This document shows positions 57,826-64,000 of a stretch of 64,000 nucleotides of DNA, one piece after another. The position numbers were made by a program, and so were the translations under genes. Position 1 is the stretch's first letter; the number at the start of each line of letters is the position of its first letter. Origin of the DNA: Promineifilum sp. (GTDB taxonomy: Bacteria > Chloroflexota > Anaerolineae > Promineifilales > Promineifilaceae); contig JAGOBF010000012.1 of the NCBI GenBank assembly GCA_017983515.1, forward strand, positions 43,105-107,104, written 5' to 3'. The notes below the pieces were generated by a model. It was not told where the DNA came from. It made no database searches and worked only from the letters and a program-made list of their open reading frames with translations.

Positions 57826-58539
57826 ATGAAGCATTCAAATTTCTCGCAGTATGGGTTACTGGCGTTGGCAGTCGATGCTGTTACGCTCGTCGGGGCGCGG
57901 TTCGCTTTGCCGGAGCTTGTATCGCGCTTCCAACAGCCAGATGGGTGGAACGCCTTGCTGGTGAGTGGCGTATTTCTCGTCTTTGTCGCCGGCGTTTTTC
58001 TGTTCCGCCGCCTGAAGGCTACCCCACAGGGCGCGTCGGAGTGGCTTTCGCGAGGCGCGCGTTCGGCCCTGGCCCTCTTCTTCGCGTTTGTCCTGAGCTT
58101 GATGCTGGCCTGGCAACTGGGCTTTTTTACCTCGGCTTTCCAGGCCGACACCACACAAATGGGCGAAGGCGGCGCAGCTTCCTATTTCGTTTTTGGGCCG
58201 GGGGCCTGGTTGGCCTTCTCGCTCATCTACGTGCTGGTTTTCGCCTTTCGGGTGGAGCCGGCGCTCGAGGATGGCAAGATAGGTTATGGGATAGCGGCCT
58301 TAGTGGGTCTGGCGAGTGCGGCGGGCATGGCGCTCGTCACGGCGGCACAAGTCCACGTCATCGGTCAAGCACTGGGCGGCGGCTGGTGGTGGGCGCTCTT
58401 CGCGTTTGTCGTGCTGGCGTTGCTTTTCTTGCCGGTTCGCCTGCTATATTTATCGCGCACGACGAGGTTGAGATCGCCGGTGGCCGGTCTGGCCGTCGCC
58501 GGGTTGCTGGTGGTGCTCATCGTGCTCGTGGCGGGATAG
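57826..58539 (+). CDS. Hypothetical integral membrane protein
   Basis: About 7 hydrophobic segments; TGG-TATAAT at 57808-57816 just before ATG 57826. Confidence 0.68.
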   Translation: MKHSNFSQYGLLALAVDAVTLVGARFALPELVSRFQQPDGWNALLVSGVFLVFVAGVFLFRRLKATPQGASEWLSRGARSALALFFAFVLSLMLAWQLGFFTSAFQADTTQMGEGGAASYFVFGPGAWLAFSLIYVLVFAFRVEPALEDGKIGYGIAALVGLASAAGMALVTAAQVHVIGQALGGGWWWALFAFVVLALLFLPVRLLYLSRTTRLRSPVAGLAVAGLLVVLIVLVAG

Positions 58540-58543
58540 TGAA

Positions 58544-59551
58544 CTAGCCGACACGCGCGACCATCTTCAACAGCCTGCTCTCGACCTCGTGGACTTCCAG
58601 CCCGGCGTGGCGGCCGGTGCCCTCATACAGGACGCGGCCGTCGCTGGGGCGAGTCAAACGTATGGCAACCGTGGCCGACATCGTTTCGGCCACCCGCTTG
58701 CCCATTTCGACCGTCGATGGCCCCCTCAACAAGCCAAATTGACTGCCCGGGCCCTGTGTCACCAATATCTCCAGACGATGAGCCCTGTCAGCCACGACCC
58801 AATCGATGGTGTGTTCCGTCACCGCCAGGCGCTCGCTCCTGGATCCGGTATAAGTCGCGAAGCGATAGAGCCGGCCCTCATGCCACAGGCCGATGATGAA
58901 GCCGGGGAAGCTGGTGCGTAGCCAGGGTATGATGGCGATGGAGCCGGTCAGACTCGTGCCCGGCCGCTCGAAGTGGTTGGACTGGAACCAGATCCAGGCC
59001 TCGGGGAAAGACCGCCCCCAGTCCTTTTCGATATAGCCCCGGCCGCCGGTGAAATCGATCTCGCGGCCGTCCACGTGGAGAGAGCCATGCAGCCCATGGT
59101 CAAGACTGACGACGCCGTGGTAGCACTCCATGAACGGCACCCAGGCATACCAGCCCATGATGCCCGGAGAGGCGACCGTCACCGGCCAGCCCACCGGCCT
59201 TTCGAATTCCAATCGGCCCGCGACCCGTTGCGTCGCATGCTCAATCGCCAGCGTCAGGCCGTCCCCATTAAATCGATTGTCGCCGACGGCCACCTCGAAG
59301 CGATTATCGGCCGCCCAAAAATCTTCGACTGGAAATTCGTGATAATTAACCAAGCCCTTGGCACCATCGAGGACCTGCACGAAGGCATGCGGCCGCTCAC
59401 CCCAGAAGATGCCGGGAATGAAGGCGAAACGATGTTGTTGCGTCTTGTCAACGCACTTGTAGTACCAGCCTTCGAAGAAAGGCGGCCGCTGCCCACGTAA
59501 TCGGCCGTGGTAGCGCTCGGGATGAAGGGTGTTGCGCAGAAAGCGCCACAT
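58544..59551 (-). CDS. Tocopherol cyclase family protein
   Basis: FFEGWYYK, FAFIPG, IMGWYAWVPFMECYHG, GYIEKDWGRSFP.AWIW.QSN. Confidence 0.85.
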   Translation of the reverse strand: MWRFLRNTLHPERYHGRLRGQRPPFFEGWYYKCVDKTQQHRFAFIPGIFWGERPHAFVQVLDGAKGLVNYHEFPVEDFWAADNRFEVAVGDNRFNGDGLTLAIEHATQRVAGRLEFERPVGWPVTVASPGIMGWYAWVPFMECYHGVVSLDHGLHGSLHVDGREIDFTGGRGYIEKDWGRSFPEAWIWFQSNHFERPGTSLTGSIAIIPWLRTSFPGFIIGLWHEGRLYRFATYTGSRSERLAVTEHTIDWVVADRAHRLEILVTQGPGSQFGLLRGPSTVEMGKRVAETMSATVAIRLTRPSDGRVLYEGTGRHAGLEVHEVESRLLKMVARVG

Positions 59552-60010
59552 CTAGCCGCTGGTTCTCCCCTCGAAAAGCGCCGACAAGTCGAGGGATGGG
59601 GCCTTCGCCTTGCCGGCCAATGACACATAAGCTCGCGCCAGCGAATCTTTGGCCGCGCCAAGGACGGTGCTGACCAATCCCAATGCCTCGGCCAGCTCAT
59701 CCGGCGCGGTGCGGCGGACGATGCGGCTCCACATGGCCTCTTCCAGGACGTTGATGGCGATCTGGACTTCGCGGATGGCGTAGCCGGCGTGGAAGCGCTC
59801 GTCGGCCACCTCGGCCATATACTCGATAACCGGCACCAGATTGCGGTCGCGAATTCCCGCCACGGCCAGCCGGAAAAGCTCGGCCAACCGCTCATAGCCC
59901 ACGGCTTGCCCGGCTTCCCGGTAGTGGATCAGGTCGGAACGAGAGAGGGACTGAGCGGCCTCGGCCAGGATTTGGTCACCTTCTTCTTCAAGCAAATCGA
60001 TCAGGGTCAT
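59552..60010 (-). CDS. Small all-alpha protein, RsbRD-N/globin-like sensor fold candidate
   Basis: Helical pattern with ERFHAGYAIREVQIAINVLEEAMW; stop abuts next ATG. Confidence 0.55.
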   Translation of the reverse strand: MTLIDLLEEEGDQILAEAAQSLSRSDLIHYREAGQAVGYERLAELFRLAVAGIRDRNLVPVIEYMAEVADERFHAGYAIREVQIAINVLEEAMWSRIVRRTAPDELAEALGLVSTVLGAAKDSLARAYVSLAGKAKAPSLDLSALFEGRTSG

Positions 60011-60082
60011 GATGATGCTCCTGGATTGGAGACGAATGACGCCAAGCCGTTAGACAGCCGGCCCGACGCCAACCGCTAACCT

Positions 60083-60499
60083 TTATTCATTGATGATGGT
60101 GTAGCGCGTGCGGATGTGGGCGGCTTTTTCCAGCATCGCATGGGCCGAACAGTAGTGTTCGGTTGAGAGTTGAATGGCCCGCTCGACGGCCGCGGGGTCG
60201 ATATCGACCCCGTGGACAATGTATTCCAACTCAAAATCGGTGAAGACTTTCGGGTGGTCGGTGGTCCGATCGCCGTGAACGCGTATCTCGAAGCCGGTCA
60301 GGTTTTGGCGCTTCTTACGAAGGATGGCAACGACATCCATCGCCGTGCAGCCAGCCAGCGCGATCATCAACAGCTCCATAGGGCTGGCTCCGGCGCTCAG
60401 CTCGCCTGCCTGCGCTTTGGTGTCCACGTGAACCACATAGCCGCTATCGGGCACGGCCGTGAAGTGCAAGCCGTCTTGTAAGGTCAATAATGCATCCAT
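60083..60499 (-). CDS. OsmC family protein
   Basis: SPMELLMIALAGCTAMDV, HPKVFT, AIQLSTEHYCS. Confidence 0.92.
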   Translation of the reverse strand: MDALLTLQDGLHFTAVPDSGYVVHVDTKAQAGELSAGASPMELLMIALAGCTAMDVVAILRKKRQNLTGFEIRVHGDRTTDHPKVFTDFELEYIVHGVDIDPAAVERAIQLSTEHYCSAHAMLEKAAHIRTRYTIINE

Positions 60500-60646
60500 T
60501 GGTATTCAGTAGGTTCCTTGTGATAGGGTTGCTCGCCCCGCAGTCAGGACATAACAAATAAAATTTACCCTTATTCATCCGTGAGTGTCAAGTTGCGGGC
60601 AACTACCCGAAGATTGAAGCGGAGGAGCCGAGCAACGCGCGGGGGT

Positions 60647-61816
60647 CTATGGTCTGTCATCCGCCGTACCGTCCCGATAGACTCGTGGCACGCGCGTGTT
60701 GACGTTAGTCAGAATTTCCCAGGGGATCGTGCCGGCCCACTCGGCCAACTCCTCAACGGTGATGCTCGCCCCGTTCTCCGATTCACCAATCAGGATGACC
60801 TCGTCGCCATTATAGGCCGTCTCCCATTCGATATTGACCATGAGCTGATCCATGCAAACGCGGCCGATCACGGGATAACGCCGGCCGCGGATAATGACCT
60901 CGGCCCGGCCGCTCATGGCGCGGAAGTAACCGTCGCCATAACCAACGGGCACAGTGACGACGCGCACGGGATGGTCGCTCTGCCACGTCGATCCATAGCT
61001 GACGGGGTGGTCGGGCTGCACGACCTTGAAGTAGACCACGCGCGACTTCCAGCTCAGCGACGGATGAACTTCGAGGGTACGCGGCACGTCGGCCGACGGG
61101 TAGACGCCGTAGAGCAGGATGCCCGCCCGCACCATGTTCAGGTGGCTCGGCCGAAACCCGGCAATGGCTGCCGAATTCGCCATGTGGCGCAGCGGCGGCG
61201 GGGGCATTCCGCGCGACTCGTAAAAGTCGAGGACGGCGTGGAAGCGGTCGAGCTGCAATTGCGAGTAGGACAGGTCGGCGGCATCGGAGTTAGCGAAGTG
61301 GGAGAAGATGCCCTCGACATGAAAGTGGTCGCAGGCCAGCGATGCCTCCAGCAGGCCGGCGGCGCTGTAGTAGTGGACGCCGATACGCTCCATGCCCGTG
61401 TCGATCTTCAGGTGCACCTTGGCTCGCACACCCATCGCCCGCGCCGCCGCTTCGATCTGGCCCAACTTCTCGATCGATGAGGCGGTGAGGGTCAGATCGT
61501 GCGCCAGGAAGAGGGGAATCTGGTTGCCGATGATGCCGCCGAGCACCAGGATGGGCGTTGTGACGCCCGCCTCGCGCAGCAGGATGCCCTCTTCCAGAAA
61601 GGCCACCCCCAGATAGGGCGCGGCGAGCGACTGCATGTGTCGCGCCACCTCGACCAGCCCGTGGCCGTAGGCGTTGGCCTTCAGGATGGGCATGACCGCC
61701 GCCGGGGCGACGTGGGCCTGAATGGCGCGGTAGTTGGCTGTCAGGCGGGAGAAATCGACTTCGACCTGGGTGGGGCGGAGGATGGCGGTGGTAGAGATGG
61801 TGGGAGAATTGAGCAT
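60647..61816 (-). CDS. alr: Alanine racemase
   Basis: KANAYGHG (PLP Lys), HLKIDTGMERIG, SHFA, ANSA, VSYG, GYGDG, GRVCMDQ. Confidence 0.96.
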   Translation of the reverse strand: MLNSPTISTTAILRPTQVEVDFSRLTANYRAIQAHVAPAAVMPILKANAYGHGLVEVARHMQSLAAPYLGVAFLEEGILLREAGVTTPILVLGGIIGNQIPLFLAHDLTLTASSIEKLGQIEAAARAMGVRAKVHLKIDTGMERIGVHYYSAAGLLEASLACDHFHVEGIFSHFANSDAADLSYSQLQLDRFHAVLDFYESRGMPPPPLRHMANSAAIAGFRPSHLNMVRAGILLYGVYPSADVPRTLEVHPSLSWKSRVVYFKVVQPDHPVSYGSTWQSDHPVRVVTVPVGYGDGYFRAMSGRAEVIIRGRRYPVIGRVCMDQLMVNIEWETAYNGDEVILIGESENGASITVEELAEWAGTIPWEILTNVNTRVPRVYRDGTADDRP

Positions 61817-61936
61817 ATGAAATAAACACCCGACTCATTAACCAATCCAGTGATCAAGCGTCACATTCAACGCCTCGGCAATCGTCGTGGAGATCACTAT
61901 CATCGCATACCGCTAACTCGCTCCTATTATAACGCC

Positions 61937-61964
61937 TTGACGCATTCCCCCCACCGACTACAAT
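61937..61964 (+). promoter_or_regulatory. Promoter of the gcv operon
   Basis: TTGACG-16 nt-TACAAT upstream of the riboswitch. Confidence 0.7.
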
Positions 61965-61992
61965 ATACGCATCAGTTGTTGCCAACCGAATA

Positions 61993-62249
61993 GGATGCAA
62001 CGGCCGTCCGGGAGAGCACCCCAGGCGGGGTCGCCGAAGGGGCAAGCGGGACGACAGGAGTCGCCCTGAGAATCTCTCAGGCACAAGGGACCGAGCGGCC
62101 GGGTTGCTTCTGGAAAGCGTGAGCGCGTCGGGCCTTATAGAGCCGGTTTCTTAACTGGCAGGGCCGCGATCGCAGCCGCCACCGAAGGGGCAAACGGGAA
62201 AGAGCCTTCCTCTCTCCGTGAATCTCTCAGGTCCATGACAGAGGACACC
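61993..62249 (+). ncRNA. Tandem glycine riboswitch (two aptamers)
   Basis: Aptamer 1 GGAGAG...CGCCGAAGGGGCAA...AATCTCTCAGGCA; aptamer 2 TCTGGAAAG...CACCGAAGGGGCAA...AATCTCTCAGGT...ACAGAGG; upstream of gcvH-gcvP. Confidence 0.96.
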
Positions 62250-62301
62250 GGCAAGATCGACTCCGTATGGGGTTCATCTTGCCCGGTGTCCTCGTTTGTT
62301 T
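62243..62301 (+). terminator. Riboswitch expression-platform hairpin (terminator-like)
   Basis: GGACACCGGCAAGAT...ATCTTGCCCGGTGTCC then TCGTTTGTTT; its 5' arm overlaps the 3' strand of aptamer-2 P1. Confidence 0.7.
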
Positions 62302-62349
62302 CCACTGACTTTGCGAATATCAACTAAATTTAAGTGAAGGAGATTTCTC

Positions 62350-62742
62350 ATGAGCCTCAAGATCCAGCCCGATCTGTATTATGCCAAGACCGATGAGTGG
62401 GTGCGCGTCGAAGGCGACGAAGCCGTCATCGGCATCAGCGATTACGCGCAGGACGCCCTGTCCGACATCGTCTACGTCGAGTTGCCCAGCGCCGGCGACA
62501 CGCTGGAAGCCGGCAAGCCGTTCGGCGTCATCGAGTCGGTCAAGGCCGCATCGGACGTTCTCATACCTATCGACGGCGAAGTCGTGGCCGTCAATGATTC
62601 GGTCGTTGATGCGCCGGAATCCCTCAACGGCGCTCCCTATGAATCGTGGCTTGTTCGTATCGCCATGAGCAATCCGTCTCAGGTCGAGAGCCTGATGGAT
62701 GCCGCCGCCTACGAGTCCTACTGCGCCACGCGCGAACACTAA
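62350..62742 (+). CDS. gcvH: Glycine cleavage system H protein
   Basis: GISDYAQDALSDIVYVELP, lipoyl motif IESVKAASD. Confidence 0.97.
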   Translation: MSLKIQPDLYYAKTDEWVRVEGDEAVIGISDYAQDALSDIVYVELPSAGDTLEAGKPFGVIESVKAASDVLIPIDGEVVAVNDSVVDAPESLNGAPYESWLVRIAMSNPSQVESLMDAAAYESYCATREH

Positions 62743-62746
62743 GAAA

Positions 62747-62833
62747 AATTAGGAATTAAGAATTAGGAATCAGGCATGAAGCGTGTTCAATTGAGCGATT
62801 GTTTCATGCCCCTGATTCACCATTCTTGATTCG
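62747..62833. repeat. Heptamer (AATTAGG-like) tandem repeat with inverted partner at gcvH-gcvP junction
   Basis: AATTAGG AATTAAG AATTAGG AATCAGG CATGAA ... TTCATG CCCCTGATTC ACCATTC TTGATTC. Confidence 0.7.
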
Positions 62834-62852
62834 ATATTGAGAGACCACTCCC

Positions 62853-64000
<1,148 letters not shown>

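Noticed and set aside
61849-61865. AGTGA-N7-TCACA upstream of alr as a CRP site
   Set aside because: Spacing is 7 rather than 6 and no supporting promoter geometry

Overview
High-GC bacterial chromosomal backbone, most consistent with a Chloroflexota (Anaerolineae/Ardenticatenia, Promineifilum-like) genome; this is inferred from gene content and an AGAAC-N4-GTTCT SOS box, not from a database search. In order: recN, a WcaJ-type sugar-phosphate transferase, a CIRCE-controlled hrcA-grpE-dnaK-dnaJ-prmA operon, an S1-infA unit, priA, tRNA-Arg(CCT), tandem eukaryote-type and PPi-type phosphofructokinases, htrA, a baeRF/eRF1-like protein, a UDG-like gene, an uncharacterised ABC-linked membrane operon, hypABFCDE preceded by a STAS/RsbW/cNMP-PP2C partner-switching module, hslO, tRNA-Pro(CGG), envelope-sugar genes, greA-lysS, msrA, ctaA, ftsK, a second S1 paralogue, alr, and a tandem glycine riboswitch with gcvH-gcvP (truncated by the window edge). 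No prophage, IS, integrase or CRISPR array is visible. Most notable observations: (i) an S1 protein with a 40-aa-period acidic LEA-like repeat tail, downstream of a perfect promoter, a ~230-nt structured leader and a terminator; (ii) a eukaryote-type two-domain PFK next to a PPi-PFK; (iii) a CRP/FNR-like box at about -42 of the hyp promoter beside a cNMP-sensing partner-switching module; (iv) a Gln-less baeRF (Balon-like candidate); (v) several families of short repeats at gene junctions, one inside the glycine riboswitch.
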